A stretch of DNA of 64,000 nt from Bacillales bacterium UBA6120. Lineage in GTDB: Bacteria; Bacillota_I; Bacilli_A; RFN20; CAG-826. The DNA lies in NCBI GenBank assembly GCA_002422535.1, contig DIVY01000003.1, positions 10,523 to 74,522 of the forward strand, written 5' to 3'. How positions within the stretch are numbered: the first letter of the stretch is position 1; the number at the start of each line of letters is the position of its first letter. A program made the position numbers and the translations under genes. Below are positions 19,616 through 30,939 of this stretch, in pieces. A model generated the notes under the pieces. It saw nothing but the letters and a program-made list of their open reading frames with translations. It made no database searches and was not told where the DNA came from.

Positions 19616-20964
19616 TACTCTCCGCCTCCTTGTGTCACTTCATCGAAACTCTTTCCAGCGAGCAAACCATCAATCTGGCTATTGATTTCGATGGCGACAC
19701 CGACGACGATAATGAGCCCAGTACCACCAAGGGCCAGCGACTGATCGGGAACGACTTTTAATAATACGAGAACGATTGGCAATGCGGCGATAAATGCGAG
19801 CGCGGCGGCACCAAGCACGGTGACGCGGTTAACGACTTTCTTCACATAACGTTCCGTTTCATTACCGGGGCGAACCCCAGGGATATAAGAACCATTTTTT
19901 TGGAAGTTTTCCGCCAATCGTTGTGGGTTGATTTGTAGATTCGAATAAAAAAATGTAAATAGAACAGTTAGAGTCAGATAAATTAATAATCCCCAAGGGA
20001 ATTGCCATGTCTGACCATTGAACCAAGGCATGGTAACCATTTCGCCGCTGCTAAACAATTTGAGCCATTCGGCCGAAGTATTCGCGCCGGAGATGAAACT
20101 GATAATAACGCTTGGAGCCATCATAATCGAACTGGCGAAGATGACCGGAATAACACCAGCGGAGTTAATTTTAATCGGCAAGAAACTCGCTTGGCTCCGC
20201 TTTTGTCCGCCCCCGCTTTTCCCAGCGTGTTGCACTGGAATCTTGCGCTTGCTTAACTCAACAAACGTCACAAAAGCAATAATTAATAAGAATGAGAGAA
20301 TATAAACCGAGAATTGGAAGATGCCTTGTAATAAGACCGGAGTATCAAGACCGACTGTTAAGGCGACCCAGTTGTTATAAGCGCCTTGAATTTGTAATGG
20401 CAAACTTCTAATGATACCGGCAAAAATGATAACCGAAATACCATTTCCAAGTCCCTTGACGGATATTTGGTCACCGAGCCACATAACGAGCATGGCGCCG
20501 GCTACAAGAATAGTAACGATGTAAGCATAACTCCAAAATGAAGTGTCATTAAGGGTAATATAACTTGTCGTTTCCATGGTCTTGACAATCCCGTATGCTT
20601 GGACTGAACCTAATAGAAGTGTGAGATAACGAGTCGTCATCTCTTTCTTTTTACGACCATATTGGCCTTGTTTGCTAAGTTCCGATAAAGCGGGAAGAAC
20701 GTCCATTGATAGTAATTGCGTAATGATGCTCGATGTAATATAAGGACTAACGCCTAAGGCAAACACCGAGAAACTTTGTAAGGCGCCACCACCAAGAAGA
20801 TTCATTAAGGCAAGGGCGCTATTTTGATTAAAGTCAAGATCTTTAACGGTGACGCCGGGAACCGTAATCGCCGCGCCAACACGAAAGACAAACAAAATCA
20901 TAATCGTGAAAAAGATGCGGTTGACGATTTCTTTATTCTTGAAGATATCAACGATCTTTTTCAT
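19615..20964 (-). CDS. secY: Preprotein translocase subunit SecY
   Basis: 449-aa 10-TM protein in the conserved position between rplO and adk. Confidence 0.95.
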   Translation of the reverse strand: MKKIVDIFKNKEIVNRIFFTIMILFVFRVGAAITVPGVTVKDLDFNQNSALALMNLLGGGALQSFSVFALGVSPYITSSIITQLLSMDVLPALSELSKQGQYGRKKKEMTTRYLTLLLGSVQAYGIVKTMETTSYITLNDTSFWSYAYIVTILVAGAMLVMWLGDQISVKGLGNGISVIIFAGIIRSLPLQIQGAYNNWVALTVGLDTPVLLQGIFQFSVYILSFLLIIAFVTFVELSKRKIPVQHAGKSGGGQKRSQASFLPIKINSAGVIPVIFASSIMMAPSVIISFISGANTSAEWLKLFSSGEMVTMPWFNGQTWQFPWGLLIYLTLTVLFTFFYSNLQINPQRLAENFQKNGSYIPGVRPGNETERYVKKVVNRVTVLGAAALAFIAALPIVLVLLKVVPDQSLALGGTGLIIVVGVAIEINSQIDGLLAGKSFDEVTQGGGE

Positions 20965-20966
20965 GG

Positions 20967-21407
20967 TTAAATGACCTCGATGCGACCGCCGGCGGCCACA
21001 ATGGCGCTTTCAGCCGTTTTGGAAAATTTATTAGCAAAAACGGTCAATTTTTTTGTTAATTTTCCATTACCAAGCACTTTAATGAGCTTGTAATCGTTTC
21101 GTACAAGGCCAACTTCGACAAGGACAGTTGGGTTGACTTCGGTGCCATCTTCGAACCGTTCGAGCGCTTCGATATTGACGACATCATAAATAGTGCTCGC
21201 GTAATTGTGGAAACCACGCTTTGGCAACCGCCGATAAATGGGGTTTTGACCGCCTTCGAAGCCGGGACGAACACCGCCGCCGCTACGAGCGTTTTGACCT
21301 TTATGTCCCTTGCCTGCCGTCTTTCCATTGCCGGAGCCGATGCCGCGACCTTTACGGAAACCGTCTTTGCGGGCGCCGTCAACGGCTTTTAGTTGATGTA
21401 AATCCAT
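20967..21407 (-). CDS. rplO: 50S ribosomal protein L15
   Basis: 146 aa with a Gly/Lys/Arg-rich N-terminus; canonical L15. It starts 15 nt after the rpsE stop, which leaves no room for rpmD. Confidence 0.93.
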   Translation of the reverse strand: MDLHQLKAVDGARKDGFRKGRGIGSGNGKTAGKGHKGQNARSGGGVRPGFEGGQNPIYRRLPKRGFHNYASTIYDVVNIEALERFEDGTEVNPTVLVEVGLVRNDYKLIKVLGNGKLTKKLTVFANKFSKTAESAIVAAGGRIEVI

Positions 21408-21422
21408 ATTAATTACTCCTCC

Positions 21423-22010
21423 TTATTTGCCACGGAGGGCTTTGAATTGTTCAAAGGTTCTAAGAGATTGAAGGCCCGCATGCGTTGCCCGAATAATATT
21501 AATGGGGGCGCGACTGCCGTATACCTTGGAATAGACGTTTTTAAGTCCGGCTAATTCTAGTAAAGCTCGGACGGGACCGCCAGCGATGATACCAGTACCA
21601 TCAGGGGCGGGTTTTAAGAAGACGCGGCAAGCGCCGTATTGACCAATTATTTCGTGAGCAATCGTATCGGCGCCGACGAGGGCGACCTTTGCGGTGCTTT
21701 TTTTAGCTTCTTCTAATGCTTTTTTAATGGCATCTGGTACTTCACCGGCTTTACCGGTACCAAATCCATAAGTGCCTTTGCCATTTCCAATAACCACAAG
21801 CGCAGTAAACCGCATGTGTTTGCCGCCTTTAACGACTTTGGTAACGCGGTTAATGGCAACGGTGCGATCTTCATATTCTTTAGGAGCGGCATCGCGGCGA
21901 GGCCGACGATCGTTTCGAGGACGCTGAGTGCGATCAGGACGACGCGCTGGGCGATTTTCTGTCGTTTCTTGTTTTGAAGCGACAACTACTTGTTCATTAT
22001 TTTCAACCAT
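21423..22010 (-). CDS. rpsE: 30S ribosomal protein S5 (with a ~35-aa Arg/Pro-rich N-terminal extension)
   Basis: The core reads [30 protein letters not shown]. The N-terminal extension is ..[23 protein letters not shown]... ATG at 22010 with SD GGAGG 7 nt upstream. Confidence 0.93.
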   Translation of the reverse strand: MVENNEQVVVASKQETTENRPARRPDRTQRPRNDRRPRRDAAPKEYEDRTVAINRVTKVVKGGKHMRFTALVVIGNGKGTYGFGTGKAGEVPDAIKKALEEAKKSTAKVALVGADTIAHEIIGQYGACRVFLKPAPDGTGIIAGGPVRALLELAGLKNVYSKVYGSRAPINIIRATHAGLQSLRTFEQFKALRGK

Positions 22011-22021
22011 ATGCGCTCCTC

Positions 22022-22378
22022 CTAAAATTTCAGACCGGCTGCGCGAGCAGCTTCGGCCACAGCCTTGACACGACCATGATATAAATACCCGCTACGATCA
22101 AAGACAACTTTAGAAATTCCTAATGCTGTCGCCTTAGTGGCGATGTCGCTACCAACAGCTGTGGCGGCGGCAACGTTATTGCCATGTTCGATTTTAAGTT
22201 GAATGGAACTGCTGGCGGCTAATGTAACTCCAGCGGTGTCATCAATTAGTTGCGCACTAATATTGGCGTTCGAGCGATAGACGGATAACCGGGGGCAGGC
22301 CGCGGTGCCACTAATTTTGGCTCTCACGCGCTCGTGCCGGCGTTGCCGTATCGAGTTTTTATCGATGATTTTGATCAT
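22022..22378 (-). CDS. rplR: 50S ribosomal protein L18
   Basis: 118-aa canonical L18. Confidence 0.93.
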   Translation of the reverse strand: MIKIIDKNSIRQRRHERVRAKISGTAACPRLSVYRSNANISAQLIDDTAGVTLAASSSIQLKIEHGNNVAAATAVGSDIATKATALGISKVVFDRSGYLYHGRVKAVAEAARAAGLKF

Positions 22379-22395
22379 TATTGATTCCTCATTTC

Positions 22396-22941
22396 CTACT
22401 TCTTACCGGCTCGTTTGCCTTCTTTGCGAATAATATGTTCGCCGGCATACTTAATACCTTTACCTTGATAGGGTTCCGGTTCGCGGACTGAACGAATATT
22501 AGCCGCTGTTTCGCCCACTGCTTGACGATCGATGCCACTGACAAGTACTTTGGTGGCATCTGGACAAGATAATTTGACACCGGGACGTGGCGTAATTACC
22601 ACTTGGTGCGAATAACCGATATTGAGGCGCAAGCTTCCATCGGGATCAATCATGGCTTTATAACCAATACCAATGATTTCAAGTTTTTTTTCAAATCCTT
22701 GGGACACGCCCACGATAGCGTTATGGAGTAAAGCCCTGACCGTGCCATGGTTTTGGCGATTAACATTGGAATCATCGGCTCGTGTGACATGGGCACTCGT
22801 TTCTTTAACACTAACTTCGATGCCTTGGGGTAAGGTGACTTTTAACGAGCCCTTGGCGCTCTTGACTTCTACTTCATGTTGACTCGGTGTCACCGTGACA
22901 CCTTGTGGGATAATTAAATCCTTTTTACCTACACGTGACAT
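22396..22941 (-). CDS. rplF: 50S ribosomal protein L6
   Basis: 181 aa beginning [17 protein letters not shown]. Confidence 0.95.
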   Translation of the reverse strand: MSRVGKKDLIIPQGVTVTPSQHEVEVKSAKGSLKVTLPQGIEVSVKETSAHVTRADDSNVNRQNHGTVRALLHNAIVGVSQGFEKKLEIIGIGYKAMIDPDGSLRLNIGYSHQVVITPRPGVKLSCPDATKVLVSGIDRQAVGETAANIRSVREPEPYQGKGIKYAGEHIIRKEGKRAGKK

Positions 22942-22950
22942 AAGCGCCTC

Positions 22951-23346
22951 CTACCACACAAACGCAAGTACTTCACCGCCGATGCCAAGCGTACGCGCTT
23001 GGCGGTCGGTCATAAGACCCTGCGAAGTGGAAATGATGGCAACTCCGAGTCCTTTAAGGACGCGGGGTAAGTGTTCGGCCGTCGCGTTGACGCGCAGCCC
23101 AGGTTTACTAATGCGTTTAATTCCATTAATAACGCGAATATTACCATCCGCGTATTTCATCGTGATGGAAAGTTGCTTTTTGGTGTCGCCGGAAACCGCA
23201 TAGTTCACAATGAAACCTTCGTCCTTTAAGATTTGGGCGATGCGAACTTTTAATTGATTGCTTGGCATCACCACGGTGGCATTTCGCAGCATGTTGGCGT
23301 TGCGAATACGGGTTAGCATATCGGCAATTGGATCTGTCATTACCAT
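22951..23346 (-). CDS. rpsH: 30S ribosomal protein S8
   Basis: 131 aa beginning [18 protein letters not shown]. Confidence 0.95.
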   Translation of the reverse strand: MVMTDPIADMLTRIRNANMLRNATVVMPSNQLKVRIAQILKDEGFIVNYAVSGDTKKQLSITMKYADGNIRVINGIKRISKPGLRVNATAEHLPRVLKGLGVAIISTSQGLMTDRQARTLGIGGEVLAFVW

Positions 23347-23356
23347 AAGGGACCTC

Positions 23357-23542
23357 CTACCAGCTAGCCTTCTTCATCCCGGGAATCTCACCTTTGTAGG
23401 CGAGTTCGCGGAGACAAATACGGCACAGCATGAATTTACTATAGACGGCGTGGGGACGACCGCAGCGCTCACAGCGCGTATACCCGCGGACCGCGAATTT
23501 TGGCTTACGAGCATGACGGACTTTAATTGATGTTTTTGCCAT
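23357..23542 (-). CDS. rpsZ: 30S ribosomal protein S14 type Z (zinc-binding)
   Basis: 61 aa with a [10 protein letters not shown]...CRICLRE Cys4 motif. Confidence 0.93.
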   Translation of the reverse strand: MAKTSIKVRHARKPKFAVRGYTRCERCGRPHAVYSKFMLCRICLRELAYKGEIPGMKKASW

Positions 23543-23552
23543 GATGATCCTC

Positions 23553-24188
23553 CTATTTTTGGAACGGAACGCCGAGTTCGCTTAGTAAGGCGAAGGCTTC
23601 CGCATCCGTGTTTGCAGTGGTGACAATGATGATGTCCATACCGCGGATTTTGTTAACTTTATCAAAATTGATTTCCGGGAAAATTAATTGCTCTTTGATG
23701 CCAAGGGTGTAATTACCCCGTCCATCGAAAGCGTTTTTGCTCACGCCACGGAAATCTCTAACACGTGGAAGGGCAATGCTGACTAACTTATCGAAGAAGT
23801 GATACATGCGTTCGCCCCGTAGGGTGACTTTGCAACCAATCGCTTGTCCTTCGCGCAATTTGAAGTTAGCGATGGATATTTTTGCTTTGGTAATCACGGG
23901 CTTTTGACCGGTAATTTCAGCAAGTTCTCGAACGGAATCTTCGAGTAGTTTGGCATTAGTGATGGCATCTCCCACGCCGATGTTAATGACGATTTTGTGG
24001 AGGGCGGGGACTTGCATCACCGAGGTGTATCCAAATTTCTTCATCATCGAAGGAACAACTGTAGTGCGATATTTTTCGATTAGACGGGCAGGAATTTTCT
24101 CAGCAACGACTTTTTCTTTTTTGCCGGCGTCTTTTAAAGCGGCTTCAGCGCTTTTCTTAGCGACTGGTTTTTTGGTTTCCGTGGCCAT
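23553..24188 (-). CDS. rplE: 50S ribosomal protein L5 (with a ~30-aa Lys/Ala-rich N-terminal extension)
   Basis: The core reads [43 protein letters not shown] at 24188 with strong SD AAGGAGG. Confidence 0.93.
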   Translation of the reverse strand: MATETKKPVAKKSAEAALKDAGKKEKVVAEKIPARLIEKYRTTVVPSMMKKFGYTSVMQVPALHKIVINIGVGDAITNAKLLEDSVRELAEITGQKPVITKAKISIANFKLREGQAIGCKVTLRGERMYHFFDKLVSIALPRVRDFRGVSKNAFDGRGNYTLGIKEQLIFPEINFDKVNKIRGMDIIIVTTANTDAEAFALLSELGVPFQK

Positions 24189-24197
24189 AATTCCTCC

Positions 24198-24506
24198 TTA
24201 ATCTAGCTGGCTCTTGCTGGCTTTGGTAACGCGGACTTTTTTGCCTTTGATTACGTTAATGCCAACGCGAGTCGCTTTTTTGGTTTTGGGATCAACGAGC
24301 GCCACATTACTGGCGTCGATGGGAGCATAGATTTCCACGATGCTGCCTTCGGGGTTGTTTTGTTTGGGTTTCCGATGTTTCTTATGAACGTTGATGCCTT
24401 CGACAACAACGCGATTAGTTTTAACAGAAACTTTTTGGATGACACCGGTTTTGCCTTTATCGGCTCCGGCGATGACGATGACTTTGTCGCCTTTTTTAAT
24501 TTTCAT
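24198..24506 (-). CDS. rplX: 50S ribosomal protein L24
   Basis: 102 aa beginning MKIKKGDKVIVIAGADKGKTGVI; KOW domain. Confidence 0.93.
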   Translation of the reverse strand: MKIKKGDKVIVIAGADKGKTGVIQKVSVKTNRVVVEGINVHKKHRKPKQNNPEGSIVEIYAPIDASNVALVDPKTKKATRVGINVIKGKKVRVTKASKSQLD

Positions 24507-24516
24507 AGTGTTCCTC

Positions 24517-24891
24517 CTATAGGACTTCGGGCGCGAGCGAGATGATTTTCATCGCGCCTTCGCCTTTGTCGCGAAGTTCACGGGCGACCGGTCCAAAAAC
24601 ACGGGTTCCGCGTGGTGATCCATCATCATTAATGAGGACGACGGCATTATCATCGAAACTGACCGTGGAGCCATCAGGACGACCAACGGCTTTTTTAACG
24701 CGGACAATGATGCCTTTGACGATATCGCCTTTTTTAATCTTGCCATTAGGAACCGCTTCTTTGACAGCGCATAACACGATGTCGCCAATTGACGATGTCT
24801 TCCTTAATGAACCGCCGTAAAGACGGAAGATCCGCACTTTGCGGGCGCCAGAGTTATCAGCGACGACGAGATTGGTTTCAACTTGAACCAT
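24517..24891 (-). CDS. rplN: 50S ribosomal protein L14
   Basis: 124 aa beginning [19 protein letters not shown] and ending [11 protein letters not shown]. Confidence 0.95.
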   Translation of the reverse strand: MVQVETNLVVADNSGARKVRIFRLYGGSLRKTSSIGDIVLCAVKEAVPNGKIKKGDIVKGIIVRVKKAVGRPDGSTVSFDDNAVVLINDDGSPRGTRVFGPVARELRDKGEGAMKIISLAPEVL

Positions 24892-24893
24892 AA

Positions 24894-25178
24894 TTACTCG
24901 ACCTCCTTGATTTCGACGTTTTCAACCGCTTGCTTCAAGATTTTAATGAGTCGGTAACGCTTGGTCGCGCTTAAAGGCCGCGTTTCCATGATTTCCACTA
25001 AATCGCCAAGTTTAGCAATATTAGTTTCATCGTGCGTGACAAATTTCTTGGTATAAAGCACTCGTTTGGAATATTTGGGATGTTGCCGATACGTTTCGAC
25101 GCGGACGACGATCGTTTTATCTGTTTTATCAGAGACGACGGTGCCGACGAAACTACGACGTGAGATTCTATTTTCCAC
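24894..25178 (-). CDS. rpsQ: 30S ribosomal protein S17
   Basis: 94-aa canonical S17. Confidence 0.93.
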   Translation of the reverse strand: MENRISRRSFVGTVVSDKTDKTIVVRVETYRQHPKYSKRVLYTKKFVTHDETNIAKLGDLVEIMETRPLSATKRYRLIKILKQAVENVEIKEVE

Positions 25179-25192
25179 CTGGATGTTCCTCC

Positions 25193-25393
25193 TTACTTGA
25201 TTCCGAGTTCGCGCTCGCGAATCACGGTGTAAATGCGGGCGATATCTTTTCTAATGGTGGTGATGGTGGCCCCTTTTTCAAGTTGGCCGACCGCTTGTTT
25301 GCGCCGCAAATTGAAGAGCTCTTCTTTGAGGCTATAAACTTTTTGATTTAATTCCGTGACGTTCATTTCACGAATTTCTTTGAGTTTTAACAT
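25193..25393 (-). CDS. rpmC: 50S ribosomal protein L29
   Basis: 66-aa helical L29. Confidence 0.9.
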   Translation of the reverse strand: MLKLKEIREMNVTELNQKVYSLKEELFNLRRKQAVGQLEKGATITTIRKDIARIYTVIRERELGIK

Positions 25394-25812
25394 TATTCCG
25401 AGCTCCTTTCCTTGCTTATGACGCGGGTTCTAATGGGAAGCTTGTAGGCGCAGAGCCGCAAGGCTTCGCGCGCCGTGGCTTCGGGCACACCCCCGATTTC
25501 GAACATGACACGATTTTGTTTGACGACAGCGACCCAGTATTCGGGTGCGCCTTTGCCGGATCCCATCCTAACCTCGGCAGGTTTCTTGGTCTTGGCTAAA
25601 TGTGGATAGATGCGAATCCAAATTTGGCCACTGCGCTTGGTATAGCTAGCGAGCACGATACGAGCAGCTTCGATTTGCCTGGCGCTGATCCAGTTGCCAG
25701 ATGTCGCTTGAAGACCATATTCTCCAAAGGACACTTCATTGCCGGCTTTGGATAAGCCTTCGTATTTGATGCCGTGAGGACGGCGGTATTTAACGCGTTT
25801 TGGTTGTAACAT
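25393..25812 (-). CDS. rplP: 50S ribosomal protein L16
   Basis: 139 aa beginning [19 protein letters not shown]. Confidence 0.95.
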   Translation of the reverse strand: MLQPKRVKYRRPHGIKYEGLSKAGNEVSFGEYGLQATSGNWISARQIEAARIVLASYTKRSGQIWIRIYPHLAKTKKPAEVRMGSGKGAPEYWVAVVKQNRVMFEIGGVPEATAREALRLCAYKLPIRTRVISKERSSE

Positions 25813-25817
25813 GTGAC

Positions 25818-26492
25818 TTATTCTCCTTGGCTGGGTTTTTCATCCACTTCCGGGCGATAATCGCCACGGCAAATCCATACTTTGACACCAAGACGACCAT
25901 AGGTCGTGTGGGCTTCTACTTGCGCGTAATCGATATCGCTACGCAAGGTGTGGAGGGGAATCGTTCCTTCTCGATATCCTTCGCTACGGGCGATTTCGGC
26001 ACCACCAAGCCGTCCAGACACAAGTGTCTTGACACCTTTAGCGCCGGCTTTACGAACGGCTTGAATCGTCCGTTTTTGCGCGATGCGGAAACTAGCGCGT
26101 TCTTCGAGTTGTTTGGCGATGCTCATAGCCACAAGTTTGGCATTGAGATTTGGATTTTTGACTTCATTAACTTCAATGGTTAAGATGCCTGATTTAACGA
26201 CTTTTTCTAAGTCCTTTTTAATTTTCTCAATCCGGACGCCATCTTGGCCGTAAACGACCCCAGGTCGACCGACAAATACGAGAACGGAAACTTTGGTGCC
26301 TTTGTCAGTTTTCACACGTTCGATTTCCACATGCGATAATTGGGCATCTTTAAGGTTGGCATCGAGATAACGACGGATTTTTAAATCTTCGTTCAGGAAC
26401 TTGGCAAAATCTTTCTTATTGGCGAACCACCGGGAATTCCATCCCCGATAGATACCGATCCGTAGACCGACTGGATTAACTTTTTGACCCAT
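25818..26492 (-). CDS. rpsC: 30S ribosomal protein S3
   Basis: 224 aa beginning [24 protein letters not shown]. Confidence 0.95.
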   Translation of the reverse strand: MGQKVNPVGLRIGIYRGWNSRWFANKKDFAKFLNEDLKIRRYLDANLKDAQLSHVEIERVKTDKGTKVSVLVFVGRPGVVYGQDGVRIEKIKKDLEKVVKSGILTIEVNEVKNPNLNAKLVAMSIAKQLEERASFRIAQKRTIQAVRKAGAKGVKTLVSGRLGGAEIARSEGYREGTIPLHTLRSDIDYAQVEAHTTYGRLGVKVWICRGDYRPEVDEKPSQGE

Positions 26493-26504
26493 GTGCGTTG
26501 CTCC

Positions 26505-26846
26505 TTACTTCTCTTTGACGACGCATGTTAGATGCGACGTTCGTTTTAAAATTGATGAGGCTGAACCTTTAGCTCGTGGTAAGAAACGTTTGAGTCGGGG
26601 GCCATCATTGGCATATATCTCGGCGATATATAATTTGCTTTCTTCCATTTCGTGGTTATTAATCGCGTTAGCGGCGGCGCTTTTAACAAGTTTGATAACG
26701 GGGCTGCTCGCCGATTTATTAACATTGTTAAGGATGCCGAGCGCTTCTTTGACGGATTTGCCACGAACGAGGTCGATGACAAGGCGAACCTTGCGTGGTG
26801 TGACGCGAATCGATGTGGCAATGGCCTTAGCTTGTGTTGCTTTCAT
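26505..26846 (-). CDS. rplV: 50S ribosomal protein L22
   Basis: 113-aa canonical L22. Confidence 0.93.
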   Translation of the reverse strand: MKATQAKAIATSIRVTPRKVRLVIDLVRGKSVKEALGILNNVNKSASSPVIKLVKSAAANAINNHEMEESKLYIAEIYANDGPRLKRFLPRAKGSASSILKRTSHLTCVVKEK

Positions 26847-26857
26847 GGGGCGCCTCC

Positions 26858-27166
26858 TTATTTCTTCTTACTGGGCGATGATGCCGATGCGGCTTTGTCT
26901 TCCGCGGTGTGTCCCGTATGCCCTTTGTATGTTCTTGTGGGGGCAAATTCGCCTAATTTATGACCAACCATGTCTTCGGTGACATAGACGGTGATGTGCT
27001 CTTTACCGTTATATACGGCAAATGTGTGTTCGATAAATTGTGGGAAGATCGTCGAACGGCGCGACCATGTCTTAATAATTTCTTTTTTGTGAGCCTCATT
27101 CAGTTTTTCGACGCGCTTTAGTAAATACGCATCGCAGAATGGACCTTTTTTTAAACTACGTGCCAT
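26858..27166 (-). CDS. rpsS: 30S ribosomal protein S19
   Basis: The true start is the ATG at 27166 ([10 protein letters not shown]) with SD GGGAGG 7 nt upstream. The ORF-track TTG at 27181 lies inside the SD. Confidence 0.93.
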   Translation of the reverse strand: MARSLKKGPFCDAYLLKRVEKLNEAHKKEIIKTWSRRSTIFPQFIEHTFAVYNGKEHITVYVTEDMVGHKLGEFAPTRTYKGHTGHTAEDKAASASSPSKKK

Positions 27167-27181
27167 ATGCTTTCCTCCCAA

Positions 27182-28015
27182 TTACTTGCCGCTTCGACGT
27201 CTGACGATCAGTTTTGTCGAAGCTTTCTTATGCTGACGAGTCTTGACGCCAAGTGCCTTCTTACCCCAAGGGGTCCGTGGCGCATCGCGTCCAACTGGCG
27301 CTTTACCTTCACCACCGCCATGCGGGTGATCAACTGGATTCATAGCTGAGCCACGAACGGTAGGACGTACGCCATACCACCGGTTTTTACCAGCTTTACC
27401 ATAATTGATGAGGTTAAAGTCTTCATTGCCAACAGTTCCGATGGTCGCCCGACATAATTCGAGTACTTTCCGGACTTCGCCGCTGGCGAGTCTTAAGGTG
27501 ACGTATTTGCCTTCTTTACCAAGGACTTGGGCGCTTGTTCCGGCCGCGCGACACATTTGTCCACCGTGACCAGGTTGTAGTTCAATGTTATGAACGATGG
27601 TCCCTTCAGGAATGCTTTTCAAAATCATGCAGTTGCCTGTTTGAATATCAACAGCTTCTCCAGATATAATCGTATCGCCGACTTTTAAATCTTTGGGGGC
27701 GATGATGTAACGCTTTTCGCCATCGGCATAGTTGACGAGGCAAATGTTAGCGTTGCGGTTTGGATCGTATTCGATGGTCGCCACTTTGGCGGGAATCGCG
27801 TCTTTGTTGCGTTTGAAGTCGACAATCCGGTAACGGGTTTTATGACCCCCACCGATGTGGCGAGTTGTAATCACACCTTGATTGTTACGTCCGCCTGTCT
27901 TTACTAGATTGACTAGCAAGCTTTTTTCAGGAGTGCGGGTGGTGATTTCTTCAAATGTCGAGTTGGTCATCGCGCGACGGCTTGGTGTCGTCGGGCGGTA
28001 TGTTCTTATTGACAT
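27182..28015 (-). CDS. rplB: 50S ribosomal protein L2
   Basis: 277-aa canonical L2. Confidence 0.95.
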   Translation of the reverse strand: MSIRTYRPTTPSRRAMTNSTFEEITTRTPEKSLLVNLVKTGGRNNQGVITTRHIGGGHKTRYRIVDFKRNKDAIPAKVATIEYDPNRNANICLVNYADGEKRYIIAPKDLKVGDTIISGEAVDIQTGNCMILKSIPEGTIVHNIELQPGHGGQMCRAAGTSAQVLGKEGKYVTLRLASGEVRKVLELCRATIGTVGNEDFNLINYGKAGKNRWYGVRPTVRGSAMNPVDHPHGGGEGKAPVGRDAPRTPWGKKALGVKTRQHKKASTKLIVRRRSGK

Positions 28016-28048
28016 GTTGCTTCTCCTATATTTGAGCCATATGAGGGC

Positions 28049-28399
28049 TTACTCTTTAAATAAGTCCAAGGCTTCGCCCTCTTGGAGCGTGACGATGGCT
28101 TTTTTGAAGCCAGGAACCTGGCCTTGGTAACGTCCGCCTCTTCGCGTGGAATGGGGGCGAACATTGACGATGCGCACGTTGGCGACTTTGACTTTGTAAA
28201 TCGCTTCGAATGCTAGTTTGATTTCGGTTTTGTTGCTGGCCGAATTAACTTTAACTGTGACTTGATTGTGGTTTTGGATAAGCGCCATCGTCTTTTCGGT
28301 TATGACTGGTTGCCCAATCGCTTCGAATTTCTTGACGTCGGTGCTCGTAACGACAGGAGCCGCTGGGGCCGGTGTCGCCGTTTTTTTCGTGTGCGCCAT
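28049..28399 (-). CDS. rplW: 50S ribosomal protein L23 (with a ~22-aa Ala/Pro/Thr-rich N-terminal extension)
   Basis: 116 aa. The core reads ..PVITEKTMALIQ..KTEIKLAFEAIYKVKV..KKAIVTLQEG. Confidence 0.9.
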   Translation of the reverse strand: MAHTKKTATPAPAAPVVTSTDVKKFEAIGQPVITEKTMALIQNHNQVTVKVNSASNKTEIKLAFEAIYKVKVANVRIVNVRPHSTRRGGRYQGQVPGFKKAIVTLQEGEALDLFKE

Positions 28400-29046
28400 T
28401 ATTGCAGGACCTCCTCAAGATAAGCAAGAACTGGTTTCGCCACGACGACGACATCGCTATTGAGCAAGTCGTAGACGCTGACGTTTGTTTGATCGACTAA
28501 TAAGATTTTTTGAAGATTGCGAACACTCGCGTATGTATTCAGTTCGAGTTCCGCAACAACCGCGAGCACTTTTCCTTCGGCTTTGAGCGCTTTTAGTACC
28601 GCCACGGCATCTTTTGTCTTCATCGCGTCGAATTTGAAGTCATCGACCACGATCAGTTGCTTATTAGCGACTTTGAGCGACAAGGCTGAGCGCAATGCCA
28701 AGCGATGGGCTGATTTATTTTGCAATAACTTATAGTTTTGGTTACCAGTCGGTCCAAAGGCGATACCGCCTCCGACCCAAATTGGTGAACGGGTACTGCC
28801 TGCGCGAGCGCGGCCGGTACCTTTTTGACGCCATGGCTTTTTACCACCACCGCTAACTTCATCGCGTTTTTTGGTTTTAGCGGTCGCTTGACGTAAATTG
28901 GCTTGGTAGACTTGGACGGCATCATACATCGATTGTTGATGCGGTTCGATTCCAAACACTTCGGGATTAAGTTTGACGGTTCCTGCTTTCTCACCCGTTA
29001 AAGCGAGCACATCAACCGATAAACCTTTGGTTTTCTTTTCTGCCAT
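28399..29046 (-). CDS. rplD: 50S ribosomal protein L4
   Basis: 215-aa canonical L4. Confidence 0.93.
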   Translation of the reverse strand: MAEKKTKGLSVDVLALTGEKAGTVKLNPEVFGIEPHQQSMYDAVQVYQANLRQATAKTKKRDEVSGGGKKPWRQKGTGRARAGSTRSPIWVGGGIAFGPTGNQNYKLLQNKSAHRLALRSALSLKVANKQLIVVDDFKFDAMKTKDAVAVLKALKAEGKVLAVVAELELNTYASVRNLQKILLVDQTNVSVYDLLNSDVVVVAKPVLAYLEEVLQ

Positions 29047-29058
29047 TGATGGTTCCTC

Positions 29059-29760
29059 CTATTCCGCTTTGGCGGTTTCATCCGCTTTGACGACATATAA
29101 CGGTTTGAGATCGAAGGGGTGACCGAGTTGCTTTTTAACCGCGCTACGAACTGTTAACAAACCTTTTTTAGGTCCGGGGACGGCGCCACGAATTAATAAG
29201 GCGTTTTTCTCGACATCGGTGCCCATAACAACGAGATTAAGAATCGTCGCTTGTTCATGACCATGATGTCCAGCCATTTTCTTGCCAGGGTGAATTCTGT
29301 TATTAGTTCGACCAACAGTGGCCATCGAACCGGCAGTACGGTGGGGATAACCACCACCATGACCTTTTGCTCCGATGGTGTAGTGCCACCGTTTGATAGC
29401 ACCGCTGAAGCCTTTGCCCTTGCTAACGCCGATGACATCGACGACATCGCCGGCTTTAAATAGTGATACATCGATTTTGTCGCCGACTTTATAAGCGGTG
29501 ATGTCTTCAACTTTAACTTCGAACAAATTTTGTTTGGGAGTCGTTCCGGCCTTATTAAAGATGCCTTTTTCAGGCTTGTTGGCGCGGTTTTCTTTGAGTT
29601 CTTCGTAGCCAATCTGAATGGCGTTATAACCATCAGTGGCTTGTGTTTTAATTTGCGTAATAACATTAGGCAAGACTTCAATCACAGTCACTGGATGGGA
29701 TTTTCCATCTTCAGTGAATAGTTGCGTCATGCCGCTTTTACGCCCGACAATCGCTTTCAT
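29059..29760 (-). CDS. rplC: 50S ribosomal protein L3
   Basis: 233 aa beginning MKAIVGRKSGMTQLFTEDGK. Confidence 0.95.
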   Translation of the reverse strand: MKAIVGRKSGMTQLFTEDGKSHPVTVIEVLPNVITQIKTQATDGYNAIQIGYEELKENRANKPEKGIFNKAGTTPKQNLFEVKVEDITAYKVGDKIDVSLFKAGDVVDVIGVSKGKGFSGAIKRWHYTIGAKGHGGGYPHRTAGSMATVGRTNNRIHPGKKMAGHHGHEQATILNLVVMGTDVEKNALLIRGAVPGPKKGLLTVRSAVKKQLGHPFDLKPLYVVKADETAKAE

Positions 29761-29773
29761 GAATTATGCCTCC

Positions 29774-30085
29774 TTATAGCTTGATGTCGATATCGACGCC
29801 ATTAGGTAAATCCAATTGGCGAATAGCCTCGACGGTGTTCTTGTTGTGATCAGTAATGTCGATGAGACGTTTGTGCGTCCGGATTTCGAACTGTTCGCGA
29901 GCATCCTTGTATTTGTGAACCGCACGCAAGAATGTATAAACTTGCTTTTCGGTTGGTAGCGGGATCGGACCAACGACAGTCGCTCCCGTGCGTAAGACAG
30001 CGGCAATGATTTTCTCAACGCTACGATCGAGAATCTTGTGATCATAAGCTTGGAGTCGAACGCGAATCTTCTGTTTCTTAGCCAT
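29774..30085 (-). CDS. rpsJ: 30S ribosomal protein S10
   Basis: 103 aa beginning [20 protein letters not shown]; first gene of the S10 operon. Confidence 0.95.
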   Translation of the reverse strand: MAKKQKIRVRLQAYDHKILDRSVEKIIAAVLRTGATVVGPIPLPTEKQVYTFLRAVHKYKDAREQFEIRTHKRLIDITDHNKNTVEAIRQLDLPNGVDIDIKL

Positions 30086-30213
30086 GAATTACTTTCCTCC
30101 TTATTTCATCAGGCTGTACCGGAGCTCAATGCGAATTCCCTAACACCCGATTCATGACAACGCCTGTCGGTGTGTCAGCAACCTCGCACTTCAATGCGGC
30201 CGATAACATTGAA

Positions 30214-30243
30214 AATATACTCCCCTAGCCTAGTCCAAGTCAA
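30214..30243 (-). promoter_or_regulatory. S10-operon promoter (-35 TTGACT, 18 nt, -10 TATATT) with a ~125-nt leader
   Basis: The minus strand reads cTTGACT-tggactaggctaggggag-TATATT. A tandem TTGAC lies just upstream. It sits about 130 nt upstream of the rpsJ ATG. Confidence 0.5.
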
Positions 30244-30291
30244 GTCATTTATATATAAAGCGCTTAAAAAAGACAGGAATCGGCGCTTTTT

Positions 30292-30939
30292 CTATTTGTT
30301 TGAAGTTGGTGGCCGTTTTAGCATCGCTTCATAACTATAACGACATCCGCAATATGCTTGGCGATAAAGGCAATATTTTTGACACATTTTGCCGGCCTCA
30401 AGAAAGCCATCGGATTTTTTAAAGTCGGAGTGGAAATACTTCACTTTCGGATACTTTTTACTCAAACCTTGACCAATCTTGTTGATTGCTTGTGAATCTT
30501 TGTGGGGCGAGATCGTCATGACGGTAGTAAAAAATTCATAACCGTTTTCTTCGGCGTACTTCATAGATTCATCCATCCGTTTGCGATAACAAACGAGGCA
30601 TCTAGCACCCCCTTCTGGTTCATCCCCAAAGGGTGCTAAATGTTTATTAAATTCATCGTTTTCATAAGCTGTTTTTACAATTTTGACATCGGCTGAAAAA
30701 TCAATATTAAAACGCGACACAAATTCTTCAAGCACCTGATAGCGCCGCACATATTCTCTTTCAGGATAAATATTGGAGTTGTGAAAAATAACCGTTACAT
30801 CAAAATGATCGTGCAAAAATTTTAAAGGGTAGGTGGAGCAAGGACCACAACAAACATGGGCCAACAACCGTGGCTTTCGCCCCTTCAAACCTTCGATGAT
30901 TTTAAGGGCTTCTTTGTGATAATTAATTTTATTTTCCAT
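30292..30939 (-). CDS. queH: Epoxyqueuosine reductase QueH (DUF208)
   Basis: Signature HVCCGPCS plus downstream Cys residues, typical of QueH. The probable start is the ATG at 30939 ([10 protein letters not shown]), which overlaps the queA stop by 11 nt. The ORF-track start at 30987 lies inside queA. Confidence 0.8.
   Translation of the reverse strand: MENKINYHKEALKIIEGLKGRKPRLLAHVCCGPCSTYPLKFLHDHFDVTVIFHNSNIYPEREYVRRYQVLEEFVSRFNIDFSADVKIVKTAYENDEFNKHLAPFGDEPEGGARCLVCYRKRMDESMKYAEENGYEFFTTVMTISPHKDSQAINKIGQGLSKKYPKVKYFHSDFKKSDGFLEAGKMCQKYCLYRQAYCGCRYSYEAMLKRPPTSNK

Noticed and set aside
21408-21422. Possibility that rpmD was merely missed by the ORF caller (short gene)
   Set aside because: The rpsE-rplO gap is 15 nt, so a ~60-aa gene cannot fit. 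The absence is real at this locus.
30255-30291. Strong intrinsic terminator after queH
   Set aside because: Only a GCGC-cored stem with a 19-nt loop and a mixed A/T tail is present. I kept it as a weak or putative terminator inside a finding, not as a feature.
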